NCBI GenBank assembly: GCA_050178385.1
Contig: JBFXGD010000021.1
Location: 1 to 33,265 of the forward strand
Direction of reading: 5' to 3'
DNA length: 33,265 bases
DNA from: Calditrichaceae bacterium
Lineage (GTDB): Bacteria; Calditrichota; Calditrichia; Calditrichales; JBFXGD01
In this document: positions 8,980-18,388 of the stretch, piece by piece
How the letters are laid out: each line of letters begins with the position of its first letter
Position numbering within the stretch: the first letter of the stretch is position 1
Notes under the pieces: generated by a model
What the model was told of the DNA's origin: nothing
What the model saw: the letters and a program-made list of their open reading frames with translations, nothing else
Database searches by the model: none
Program-made: the position numbers and the translations under genes

Positions 8980-9327
8980 ATGAAGAGATATATCAAATCC
9001 AGTTGGATCCAAACCAATGCAGAATCTCTTGATCCAAAGCTTACACAGCAGGTGTTTAAGTCACAGAATATCATGGTGGTCAGGTATGTTTATGAACCGG
9101 GTTTAGAGTTTCCGGAACACTCACATCCTCAGGAACAAGTTACGATAGTAAGTAGCGGTGAACTTCTTTTCAATATTGACGGAGAGAAGGTAAAAGTGAA
9201 AAAGGATGAAATTTGCGCCATTGCACCCAATGTTCCTCATAGTACTAAGGTGATAAGTGAAGAGGGAGCTCAAACAGTAAGCATATTTACACCAATTAAA
9301 GATAGAGTCATCATCGAACGAGAATAA
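8980..9327 (+). CDS. Cupin domain protein
   Basis: PEHSHPQEQ...G and PNVPHS cupin motifs. SD AAGGAG upstream. Confidence 0.9.
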   Translation: MKRYIKSSWIQTNAESLDPKLTQQVFKSQNIMVVRYVYEPGLEFPEHSHPQEQVTIVSSGELLFNIDGEKVKVKKDEICAIAPNVPHSTKVISEEGAQTVSIFTPIKDRVIIERE

Positions 9328-9402
9328 GTATTCCATTTTTTTCTATTAAGTGTAAACCCTGGTTGAAACAGTATATGATAAATATTTAATTATAAAGGGT
9401 TT

Positions 9403-10581
9403 ATGACAACATTACTAAGCCTGGTTCTACTTATATTTGTTGCATATATCGGTTCAGTTTTTTATCAAAGACTTAGGATTGACGCGCTTTGGGTGAAGAG
9501 TTTTGCTTACTCGGGAAGCGTATATCTTTTGATTGGGTATTTGATAGGACCGGATTCGCTTAAAATTGTGACCGCTGATATCCTGGATCAATTGAAAGTG
9601 CTTTTCGCGCTTGTTCTGGGGTGGGCGGGGTTCCTGATCGGGTTACAGGTTAAAATCAAAGCTTTAAAAAGATTTCAAAGCTCATATTATAAATTTGCAT
9701 CATTAAATTTTATCATTGCCCTGGTTTTAACATATTTTGCGCTTCTTTATTTATTCGGGCAAATTTTTCAGATAACCAACAAAAATGAAATATTTATTCT
9801 TTCGCTGGCTACGGCGGTGACCTCTCCAATTATAATAGGTGTTGTATCCAGGGAGAGAAGGCTGTCTGGAAGATTGTCGCATCTGCTGCAATTTAACGCT
9901 GGTTATGATAACATTCTTGGAATTATGATTGTGGGGATATTCTCGGCAGTTATTAGTAATACAGCACTGCTGGGGGGGTATCATCCCGGGGGCTTGTTAA
10001 TTTTTGTTTCCATGTTAATTGGGCTTACGGCTACATACCTATATAACTTCCTATCCAAAGAATTGAAGACAGAAGAAGAAAATTTCCTGCTGCTGCTTGG
10101 CCTGATGGTATTTATAGTTGGGATTGCCCTTTACCTAAGTCAGAGTCTGCTGTTTATATCGTTTGTGTTTGGCGCGGGACTTGCGAACCGCAAAATGGAT
10201 ACAAAAAAATTATTTTTAAATATAGAAAAAGTAGAGAAACCGCTTTATATCCTACTCCTAATATATGTGGGGGCTAAAATGGATTTAACAGATCCCGTTT
10301 ATATAGGATTACTAATAATATTTCTTGCGGTAACTGTTTTGACAAAATTGTTATCAGGATTTATCGCGAATTATACATTAAATAAACATTCAAGATTAAA
10401 AAATTCAATCGGACTGGCAAATTTAGGGATGGGAGGCTTGTCGCTGGCACTGATTCTGGATTTCCATTTAATTAGTTCATCCGAATATACTCCGGTTCTA
10501 TTGTTTGTCCTTACCGTTTCAATAGTTGTAAACGATTTATTTTCAATGATTTATCTTGGAAGATTAGCCAGGAAGAAATAA
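9403..10581 (+). CDS. Cation:proton antiporter (CPA/Na+/H+ exchanger fold) membrane protein, divergent
   Basis: Roughly 12 hydrophobic segments. YLLIGYLIGP, GFLIGLQ, ATAVTSP, YDNILG, EKPLYILLLIYVGA. Confidence 0.75.
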   Translation: MTTLLSLVLLIFVAYIGSVFYQRLRIDALWVKSFAYSGSVYLLIGYLIGPDSLKIVTADILDQLKVLFALVLGWAGFLIGLQVKIKALKRFQSSYYKFASLNFIIALVLTYFALLYLFGQIFQITNKNEIFILSLATAVTSPIIIGVVSRERRLSGRLSHLLQFNAGYDNILGIMIVGIFSAVISNTALLGGYHPGGLLIFVSMLIGLTATYLYNFLSKELKTEEENFLLLLGLMVFIVGIALYLSQSLLFISFVFGAGLANRKMDTKKLFLNIEKVEKPLYILLLIYVGAKMDLTDPVYIGLLIIFLAVTVLTKLLSGFIANYTLNKHSRLKNSIGLANLGMGGLSLALILDFHLISSSEYTPVLLFVLTVSIVVNDLFSMIYLGRLARKK

Positions 10582-10596
10582 CTTTTGAAGGATGGA

Positions 10597-11886
10597 ATGG
10601 CCAGAATAATTATCACAATATCATTACTGGTTCTATTTTATTTTATCAGATATGGTGTCGACCATGGCGGAGATCTGTCTGCCGAAACGACAATGCTAAC
10701 CGGTATAATGCTGTTAACATCTTACCTTTTGGCTATTTCATTAAAAGACATAAAGCTTCCAAAATTAACAGGTTATATGTTGATGGGAATAGTATTGGGA
10801 CCCATCGGATTAAATTTTCTTACCCATGATATCCTTGACAATTTAAAATTCCTTGAAAATCTGGCGCTCTCTTTTATCGCGATAACGGCCGGAGGAGAAT
10901 TTAAGCGGGAACGTGTAAAGAAGATTCTAAAGACAGTTGTTTATTTAATAGTGGGGCAGTCTGTATTCGTTTTTGCCGGCTTATTTCTCTTAATAATCTT
11001 TCTGGCTGAATATATTCCTTACTTAGCCGGGCTGGAGTCAAACCTGTTAATTGGGTTTGCGATCATGTTTGCCGGAACAGCGACCGCAAAATCACCTGCG
11101 ATAACAATCGGTATAATCACGGAGCTTAAATCAAAGGGTAAAATGACGGATGTGGTACTGGCGGTGACGGTAATCAAATCCATCCTGCTGATTTTATTGT
11201 TTCCGTTTATGATATCCGCCGCAAAAATATTTATAATTGATGGAACTGTAATAAATATAGGAATGCTTTCTGAGCTTTCAGTGCAATTTCTTAGTTCGAT
11301 CGGACTTGGAACATTTCTTGGTGTTTTAACAATTATTTATTTAAAACATATAAATAAAGAAGTTAGCTTGTTTTTGTTGGGCATAGCGATAATTATCATG
11401 GAAATTAGCTCGCTCTTTAACGTGGAAATCCTTTTAGCGTCACTTGTAACCGGCATAATCGTTGAAAATTTTTCTGAACACGGAGATTCTCTGATTCAGG
11501 GAATTGAGAAAAGTTCCCTGCCGCTGTATATAATATTTTTCTGTTTCGCCGGGGCGGATTTACATTTGGGGACACTAAAGCAGGCATTATTATTGACAAC
11601 GTTACTGGTGCTGGGGCGATTATTTTTCATTTACGCAGGAAACTACGTGGGAGCTCTTTTTGCCGGAGAGAACAGAAACATTAAAAATCTATCATGGATG
11701 GGATTTGTGGGTCAGGCGGGTATCGCCGTAGGTTTGGCAACAATAATTGAAAATACTTTTCCGGGTATAGTGGGCCAGCAATTAAAGACGATCCTTATCG
11801 CAACGGTGGTTATCAATGAATTGATAGGGCCAATATTCTTTAAATATATCTTGATTAAATCTGGTGAAACACAACATAAGGGGTGA
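10597..11886 (+). CDS. Cation:proton antiporter (CPA2-like) membrane protein
   Basis: LPKLTGYMLMGIVLGP, IAITAGGE, KSPAIT, FFCFAGADL, QAGIAVGLA, INELIGP. ATG 10597 is preferred (TTG 10585 possible). Confidence 0.85.
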   Translation: MARIIITISLLVLFYFIRYGVDHGGDLSAETTMLTGIMLLTSYLLAISLKDIKLPKLTGYMLMGIVLGPIGLNFLTHDILDNLKFLENLALSFIAITAGGEFKRERVKKILKTVVYLIVGQSVFVFAGLFLLIIFLAEYIPYLAGLESNLLIGFAIMFAGTATAKSPAITIGIITELKSKGKMTDVVLAVTVIKSILLILLFPFMISAAKIFIIDGTVINIGMLSELSVQFLSSIGLGTFLGVLTIIYLKHINKEVSLFLLGIAIIIMEISSLFNVEILLASLVTGIIVENFSEHGDSLIQGIEKSSLPLYIIFFCFAGADLHLGTLKQALLLTTLLVLGRLFFIYAGNYVGALFAGENRNIKNLSWMGFVGQAGIAVGLATIIENTFPGIVGQQLKTILIATVVINELIGPIFFKYILIKSGETQHKG

Positions 11887-11890
11887 AAGT

Positions 11891-12649
11891 TTGGCAGAGA
11901 CAGAAAAAAAAATTATGCCGGGGTGTGAGCCCATATTTCACAAGGGCAATAAGATTGGCGTATTAATGCTGCATGGCTTTACAGGGAGTCCTTTTGAAAT
12001 GAAGCCGTTAGCTGATTCCCTGATACAGGATGGATACACAATTAGTGTGCCTCTCTTGTGCGGTCATGGAACAAGTTATGATGATTTGTTAAAATGTAGA
12101 TGGTACGACTGGTTTAGTAACGCAAAAGAAGCATTGTTTGAAATACGTAAAAACTGCAAAAAAGTAATTGTTTGCGGATTATCAACCGGCGGGAGCCTGG
12201 CCTTGCATCTGGCGGCGCATTATCAGGTAGAAGGCATCGTGGCGCTTGCTCCCGGACTTATGTTGAAAGAAAGAAAATCCATACTTTTGCCCTTTGTTGC
12301 TCCTTTTAAGAAATACCGAAGCAATAACAGCGGTCCGGATATAAATGATCCGGAAATGAAAAAAAAGATACCGGCGTATAAAAAAACTCCGTTAAGGGCG
12401 GCAATGGAGATTGTAAAACTTTATGAGCACCTTCGGATGGATCTGCCCGAGATCTACGCGCCAATAATGCTGGCACATTCCAGAAATGATCATGTCGTTG
12501 ATTTTAAAGGTTCGGAACTGATATATGAAAAAGTATCATCAAAAAACAAAAGATTTTTAAAACTGGATAAATCGTATCATATACTAACATTGGACATCGA
12601 GCAAAAAATATTATTTCGGGAAATAAAGAAGTTTATTGATGAGGTTTAA
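11891..12649 (+). CDS. Alpha/beta hydrolase: carboxylesterase/monoacylglycerol lipase family
   Basis: HGFTGSP, GHGT, GLSTGG nucleophile elbow, DHVV, SYH. Start uncertain (TTG 11891 or ATG 11915). Confidence 0.9.
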   Translation: MAETEKKIMPGCEPIFHKGNKIGVLMLHGFTGSPFEMKPLADSLIQDGYTISVPLLCGHGTSYDDLLKCRWYDWFSNAKEALFEIRKNCKKVIVCGLSTGGSLALHLAAHYQVEGIVALAPGLMLKERKSILLPFVAPFKKYRSNNSGPDINDPEMKKKIPAYKKTPLRAAMEIVKLYEHLRMDLPEIYAPIMLAHSRNDHVVDFKGSELIYEKVSSKNKRFLKLDKSYHILTLDIEQKILFREIKKFIDEV

Positions 12650-12676
12650 CACACGGATTGCAAGGCACAGCAAATC

Positions 12677-12705
12677 TTGATTAATACTTTAAAATTAGTT
12701 AAATT
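12677..12705 (+). promoter_or_regulatory. Candidate sigma70 promoter for the galT-glgA operon
   Basis: TTGATT-N17-TAAATT in the intergenic gap. Confidence 0.4.
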
Positions 12706-12733
12706 ATAAACTTAATGAAAAAATCAAACTAAT

Positions 12734-13717
12734 ATGTCAGAACTGCGAAAAGATCCGATTTTAGGCCGATGGGTAATTATTTCAAAAGAAAGAGGTAAGC
12801 GTCCGATAGATTTTGAGATAATCGCGGCCTCTGTTAAGTCTGATTATTGTCCATTCTGCCCCGGGAACGAAGAAAGTACACCGCCGGAAATTTATAAAAT
12901 CTCCGGTGAAAATAACGGCTGGTCTCTGAGGGTAATACCGAATAAATTTCCGGTATTACATGTTGAGGGGAATCTGGAGCGCAAGGGAGAAGGAATATAT
13001 GATCTTCTGAACGGAATTGGTGCTCATGAGGTGATTATTGAGACGAATGTTCATGATGAAAAGATGGAAAATTATAACCAGCCACATCTTGAAAATATCA
13101 TCAAAACCTACCGTTCGAGAATACTTGATTTAAAAAATGACAATCGTCTTAAGTATGCGATTATATTTAAGAATCATGGCGCGGATGCAGGAGCATCATT
13201 GGAGCACGCGCATTCACAGCTGGTTGCGCTGCCGATTGTGCCTCAGATAATAAATGAGGAGCTTGGCGGGTCTAAAAAGTATTTTGATTTTAAGGAACGG
13301 TGTATTTTTTGTGATATTATTGATCAGGAACTTGTACAGCAAAAGAGAATCGTTCTTGAGAACGAGTATTTTATAGCGCTCGAACCTTACGCGGCCAGGT
13401 TCCCGTTTGAAACATGGATTCTTCCAAAAAAACATGAATCAAATTTTGAGATGCTGGAGAACAGTCGAATACCCAATCTGGCAAATTTATTATTGAATAC
13501 GTTAAAAAAACTAAAAATTGCGTTAAATGATGCGTCATATAACTTAGTGATTCACAGTGCTCCTTTTGCAGACGAATTTATGCCTTATTATCACTGGCAT
13601 ATTGAAATAATACCTAAGGTATCACAGGTCGCGGGTTTTGAATGGGGGACCGGATTCTACATAAATCCGACATCTCCCGAAGAAGCTGCAGAGTTTTTAC
13701 AAAATATAACATTATAA
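12734..13717 (+). CDS. galT: GalT-family (HIT superfamily) sugar-1-phosphate nucleotidyltransferase
   Basis: ELRKDP..RWVII..ER.KRP, CPFCPGNE, NKFP, GAHEVIIE, GASLEHAHSQ (HxHxQ), CIFC, AGFEWGTG. Confidence 0.88.
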   Translation: MSELRKDPILGRWVIISKERGKRPIDFEIIAASVKSDYCPFCPGNEESTPPEIYKISGENNGWSLRVIPNKFPVLHVEGNLERKGEGIYDLLNGIGAHEVIIETNVHDEKMENYNQPHLENIIKTYRSRILDLKNDNRLKYAIIFKNHGADAGASLEHAHSQLVALPIVPQIINEELGGSKKYFDFKERCIFCDIIDQELVQQKRIVLENEYFIALEPYAARFPFETWILPKKHESNFEMLENSRIPNLANLLLNTLKKLKIALNDASYNLVIHSAPFADEFMPYYHWHIEIIPKVSQVAGFEWGTGFYINPTSPEEAAEFLQNITL

Positions 13718-13739
13718 AGCTAAAGATGACGAGGTTATC

Positions 13740-15218
13740 ATGAAACAGTTCAAAATTTTATATCTGGCATCAGAAGTGGCACCTTTTGCAAAGGCGGGCG
13801 GCTTAGCGGATGTCACCGGCGCTTTGCCAAAAGCGCTAAAAGGGTTGAACCAGGAAATTCGTGTCATGATGCCCAAATATAAATTTATTAATGAAAGAAA
13901 GTTTGTACTAAGGGAAGTTATCAGATTGAAAGAAATTCCGGTTACGATTAACGGACGCACTGAAATCGCCAATGTGAAATCCGCATTTTTACCGGATAGC
14001 AAGGTTCAGATATATTTTATTGAAATCGCCGATTTCTTCTCACGCCCGGGAATATATGCAGATCCCAACACCGGAGAACCTTATGAAGATAATGCCGAAA
14101 GATTTGCCTTTTTCTCTAAAGCGGCTATGGAAACATTAAAAATATTGTCATGGCAGCCCGACGCAATACATTGTAATGACTGGCAAACGGCCTGCGTCCC
14201 TGTTTATCTCAAAACTCTCTACCAGGGTGATCCTTTTTTTAAGGGCGTAAAAACAATATATACTATTCATAATCTGACTTCTCAGGGGGCGTTTGAAACA
14301 ATTAAGGCCAAGCCGATTGAATTTGATGAGAGCCAGGTCAAAGAAGGTGGAATGTTCTACAAGGATGGAATGCTGAACCTCACGAAAGGCGCAATCTACT
14401 TTTCGGATTTCATTACTACCGTTTCCGGAAATTATGCGTCAGAGATCATTAGTGATGCTGAATTCGGGTTTGGATTCGGCAAGCTTTTGAAGGAGATGGG
14501 TGAAAAATTTGAAGGTATTCTTAACGGTGTGGATTACACGGTTTGGACACCGGATACGGATAGATTAATTCCAAATCAGTATACTATGGAAGATATGTCG
14601 GGAAAGGAAGAGAACAAGAAAGCCCTTTTGCTCCGACTCGGAATGGAAAGCAAACCGGAAGCGCCTGTCATCAGTTTGGTCTCCAGAATTTCAGCACAAA
14701 AAGGACTGGATCTTGTCGCCGATGCTTTGGATGATTTGCTGAAGATGGATTTGCATCTATGCTTCATTGGTGATGGTGAACCGGCGCTTATAGATAAAAT
14801 AACAACCTATCATAAAAAATATCCGGACAAAATCAGTCTCAATGTAAATTATGATGAAAAAATGGTACATCTGGCCTTGGCCGGATCTGATCTGTATCTG
14901 ATGCCATCAAAATATGAACCATGCGGATTAAATCAGATATACAGCATGAAATACGGAACTATTCCAATCGTGTCGGCTGTCGGAGGGCTTTATGATACTG
15001 TCGATGACATAGATATGGAATCGGGTGACGGCACCGGTTTTTTAATTGAAAGTCTCTCATCAAAGGGTATAATTGATGCAGTCAAAAAAGCGCTGTCTTT
15101 GTACCGGAATAAAAAAGTGTGGGCTGATTTGCAAAAGCGTGTAATGGTTGAAGATTTTTCATGGGAAGTTTCTGCCAACCGTTATGTTGATATATATGAA
15201 AAAGTCATAACTGATTAA
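13740..15218 (+). CDS. glgA: Glycogen synthase (GT5)
   Basis: SEVAPFAKAGGLADV, DNAERF, HCNDWQT, TIHN, GILNGVD, QKG, PSKYEPCGLNQ, FSW. Confidence 0.95.
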   Translation: MKQFKILYLASEVAPFAKAGGLADVTGALPKALKGLNQEIRVMMPKYKFINERKFVLREVIRLKEIPVTINGRTEIANVKSAFLPDSKVQIYFIEIADFFSRPGIYADPNTGEPYEDNAERFAFFSKAAMETLKILSWQPDAIHCNDWQTACVPVYLKTLYQGDPFFKGVKTIYTIHNLTSQGAFETIKAKPIEFDESQVKEGGMFYKDGMLNLTKGAIYFSDFITTVSGNYASEIISDAEFGFGFGKLLKEMGEKFEGILNGVDYTVWTPDTDRLIPNQYTMEDMSGKEENKKALLLRLGMESKPEAPVISLVSRISAQKGLDLVADALDDLLKMDLHLCFIGDGEPALIDKITTYHKKYPDKISLNVNYDEKMVHLALAGSDLYLMPSKYEPCGLNQIYSMKYGTIPIVSAVGGLYDTVDDIDMESGDGTGFLIESLSSKGIIDAVKKALSLYRNKKVWADLQKRVMVEDFSWEVSANRYVDIYEKVITD

Positions 15219-15273
15219 ATTTTAGGCGCTTATGATCGATGGATGGCATTTTTAATACAACGGGAACAGGTGC

Positions 15274-15843
15274 ATGAATCGAGCGGTATTTCTGGACAGG
15301 GATGGAACCATAAATGAAGAAATGGGTTATATAAACCACGTCAAAAGGTTCCGGTTATTTGAATTTGTTCCAGATGCCATTAAGATATTTAATTCTCTTG
15401 AATACAAGGTAATAGTGGTTACAAATCAATCCGGGCTTGGAAGGGGTTATTTTGATGAACAGCTTCTGGATGATGTTCACAAGACTCTTATTAGAACGGT
15501 ATCAGAGAATGGCGGAGTGATAGATAGGATCTACTATTGTCCGCATCATCCAACTGAAGCAATAGAAAAATACAGGATGGATTGTAATTGCAGGAAACCA
15601 AAGACCGGAATGATTGATCGGGCCAGGGAAGATTTTAATATCGACATAAAGAATTCGTTTATGATCGGTGATCGGTTTAAGGATGTAGAATTTGGAAAAA
15701 AAGTGGGATTGCGGACAATCATGGTGCTGACGGGTTATGGGTTGGGAGAATATACTTTTCAAAAAAAAGACTGGCCGTATCTCCCGGATCATGTGGCGGA
15801 TAATCTGCTGGAAGCCGCAAAAATAATTAAAAAACTAGTCTGA
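15274..15843 (+). CDS. gmhB: D-glycero-D-manno-heptose-1,7-bisphosphate phosphatase-like HAD hydrolase
   Basis: FLDRDGTIN, VTNQSG, CPHHP...CNCRKP Zn site, IGDR..D. Confidence 0.85.
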   Translation: MNRAVFLDRDGTINEEMGYINHVKRFRLFEFVPDAIKIFNSLEYKVIVVTNQSGLGRGYFDEQLLDDVHKTLIRTVSENGGVIDRIYYCPHHPTEAIEKYRMDCNCRKPKTGMIDRAREDFNIDIKNSFMIGDRFKDVEFGKKVGLRTIMVLTGYGLGEYTFQKKDWPYLPDHVADNLLEAAKIIKKLV

Positions 15844-15924
15844 GATTCCAATATGGAATACAACAGATTAGCATAAAAATTGAATAATAAATTAGAAAAC
15901 TCAAAATTATCACTCAGGGATGGT

Positions 15925-17130
15925 ATGAAATCTAAGCTGATATTAATTTCAATTGTGTTTTTGGCATCACTATGGGGATGCTCAGATTTGGAAGATACAC
16001 CTTCCAGCGCGGAATTTAATCTAAATGATCGCTATGGATCATTTGTAATTGATACCATATACGCGGTGAAAGATACCTTTATCGTTGGGAATTATGCCGA
16101 TACAGATCTTTCGGAAAAACTGTCAGTAGGCAAAATTGACGGAATCGAGGCCAGTTTTGTTATCAAAGTTCTTAGCTTTCCGGATAGTACGCTCAGTTTG
16201 GATTCCGCCTATATATTGCTTACCGGAGTGGGTACCTTTTCAAGGGATATTCAGAATATTGATCTAAAAATTTATGAAGTAGAGAAAGAATGGGAAAAAG
16301 ATGTCAATTTGGATGAAACGTGGCATTATTATAATCCATCGACAGATCCGATAGTCAATTATTCCGTGAATGTGGATGATACAACGGAACATAAAATTTT
16401 AATAGACCCGGAAGTAGTTTTAGGCTGGCGGGCAAGTCAGGAGATCAACAATGGGCTCTATTTTAAAGCAGCTGAAAATACAGACGGTGTAATAAAAGAG
16501 TTCGGATCTTTTAATTCGAGCACTAGTTTTCCGAAGATGGTATATGTAATGAGTACTGACACATCAACTGTTCGGGATACAATTGATGTAGGATTGGATG
16601 CGACAATATTTGATTATCCCGGTGATGGAAGCGGTGTATTCGATCTCAAATCAAACGAAGATAAATTATTTGTATCGAGCGGAGTTCTTGTACATTCATT
16701 TTTTAAATTTGATTTTGCGGAAATTCCAAAAACAGCCCTGATCGATCAGGTGATTTTAGAGGTCGAGACAGATGATGATAATGATCTTGAAAATCCAGGC
16801 CATTCGGCATCGTTTTATATTCGATCAGTTACTGAGGCGAGCCAGGATTTAAGTACATATGAAATTGATTCCTTGTTTACGCTATATGCTGATTTGAATT
16901 ACCTGCATTCTGAAGAAGATGGTAAGCTGGTGACTTCTGAATCCAGCAGGTCAAGTTTTGGAAAAAGTCTCATTCAGCTGATTGTAGATGGATCTGTTAC
17001 CAATGAATGGCTATATCTGCAGTATATATCAGAGCTTACAGATTTTTCGGTTAAAAAATTTCGCGGTTTAGAATCGTATGTTAATCATCCGCCAAGGATC
17101 ATTGTCAAATATTTTAACGTAGAACGATAA
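15925..17130 (+). CDS. Acidic lipoprotein, DUF4270-like
   Basis: Signal MKSKLILISIVFLASLWG/C (lipobox), acidic residues after the Cys, beta-rich body with DSAYILL...LKIYEV...W and a C-terminal PRIIVKY. Family call is from memory. Confidence 0.7.
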   Translation: MKSKLILISIVFLASLWGCSDLEDTPSSAEFNLNDRYGSFVIDTIYAVKDTFIVGNYADTDLSEKLSVGKIDGIEASFVIKVLSFPDSTLSLDSAYILLTGVGTFSRDIQNIDLKIYEVEKEWEKDVNLDETWHYYNPSTDPIVNYSVNVDDTTEHKILIDPEVVLGWRASQEINNGLYFKAAENTDGVIKEFGSFNSSTSFPKMVYVMSTDTSTVRDTIDVGLDATIFDYPGDGSGVFDLKSNEDKLFVSSGVLVHSFFKFDFAEIPKTALIDQVILEVETDDDNDLENPGHSASFYIRSVTEASQDLSTYEIDSLFTLYADLNYLHSEEDGKLVTSESSRSSFGKSLIQLIVDGSVTNEWLYLQYISELTDFSVKKFRGLESYVNHPPRIIVKYFNVER

Positions 17131-17156
17131 TCTTAAAAAATGAATTGGACCAGTGA

Positions 17157-18362
17157 ATGAAACGAAATATTTTGATTTCTCTTTTACTTCTTTTAAATAT
17201 GTCTTACGCCGGTGAATCGATGTTTGGTTTGGTCGATAATGGCGTAGGTTTTTTAAAAACGATAAATTCCGCCGCGGGACAGGGAAGATCCTATGAGATG
17301 GCTGTCAATGATTCTGTACAGTTAAATTATAGAAATTATGCAAACTGGACGAGTATCCCAAATACGTCATTTACCATTAAATTTGGTTATGACGCGATTT
17401 TTTCAGATGATCTTACAAATGATTATTATGGGGATGCCGGAAATTTTCAGGGTGGGTATCTGGCAATACCGATCCTGCAGAGAAAATTAATTCTTGGGGG
17501 TGGTATTCAGCCGATTTCAAAAGTAGAACAACGTATTGTCGATGAGACCAGTTATGATTTCGGTTCTACTACTGTTATAAAAGAAAATTTACTTATGGAT
17601 GGCGGCCTCGACAGGGCTCTGCTAAACCTTTCATACAGATTTAATATGCTAAGTTTCAGCCTTGGATGGGAATATACATTTGGTAATATAACAGAGAGTC
17701 TTGTTTTGGATATTGAGGACGAAACAACATCGCAATTGTACCTGAATTATGATAATTTATACTCCGGACATGGCATGGTGATTAACGCGTTCTCCGATAA
17801 TATAGATAATTTGAATCTGGGAGTGACCATCCGACCGGCGGTTGACCTGGATCTGGAGACAAAAGGCGATTCCAATTCTGAAATAATTGATAAAACCAGA
17901 AAAAGCACGGTAACTCTTCCGGCTGAATACAATTTTGGAATAGAATATCAATTTAGTAACCGCCTGGCGGCGGGCATGGATGTGATGTATCAGGATTGGA
18001 AGAACGGCTATAAAATCGATGGAAATAAAGTTGAAAACTATGAAAAATATTATAAAATTGGTGTAGGAATAGAAAGAAAATCAAGCGAGAAAAGGTTCAT
18101 AAGTTTAGGCCAGCAGATTGATTACAGAATGGGTCTTTATCTGAGCCAATTAAATATCACAAAAAATGATGAACCAGTGATGGAATATGGTCTGTCTCTC
18201 GGTTTTTCATTACCAATTCAAAGGTTCCGTTCCAAAATTGATTTTTCCGGAATCGTTGGTAAGCGCGGAAGTCTCTCTACCAATGGCCTTGAAGAGACAT
18301 TCGTCTCATTCGGTATATCGGTAAGCGCCAGTGAGAAATGGTTTGTGAAGCTTGACAAGTGA
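17157..18362 (+). CDS. Outer membrane beta-barrel protein, FadL/OmpP1-like
   Basis: Sec signal peptide, N-terminal plug-like segment (N.ANW), amphipathic beta strands, LPAEYNFGIEY, YRMG, C-terminal EKWFVK. Confidence 0.75.
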   Translation: MKRNILISLLLLLNMSYAGESMFGLVDNGVGFLKTINSAAGQGRSYEMAVNDSVQLNYRNYANWTSIPNTSFTIKFGYDAIFSDDLTNDYYGDAGNFQGGYLAIPILQRKLILGGGIQPISKVEQRIVDETSYDFGSTTVIKENLLMDGGLDRALLNLSYRFNMLSFSLGWEYTFGNITESLVLDIEDETTSQLYLNYDNLYSGHGMVINAFSDNIDNLNLGVTIRPAVDLDLETKGDSNSEIIDKTRKSTVTLPAEYNFGIEYQFSNRLAAGMDVMYQDWKNGYKIDGNKVENYEKYYKIGVGIERKSSEKRFISLGQQIDYRMGLYLSQLNITKNDEPVMEYGLSLGFSLPIQRFRSKIDFSGIVGKRGSLSTNGLEETFVSFGISVSASEKWFVKLDK

Positions 18363-18388
18363 TGCGTGAATAATGGAGGATTCAGAAA

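Noticed and set aside
8827..9012. 61-aa hydrophobic minus-strand ORF upstream of the ParB-like gene
   Set aside because: Overlaps the cupin start, and its hydrophobicity is explained by AT-rich intergenic DNA. Cannot be fully excluded.
11864..11871. GTGAAACA parS half-site
   Set aside because: The other half of the palindrome is absent.
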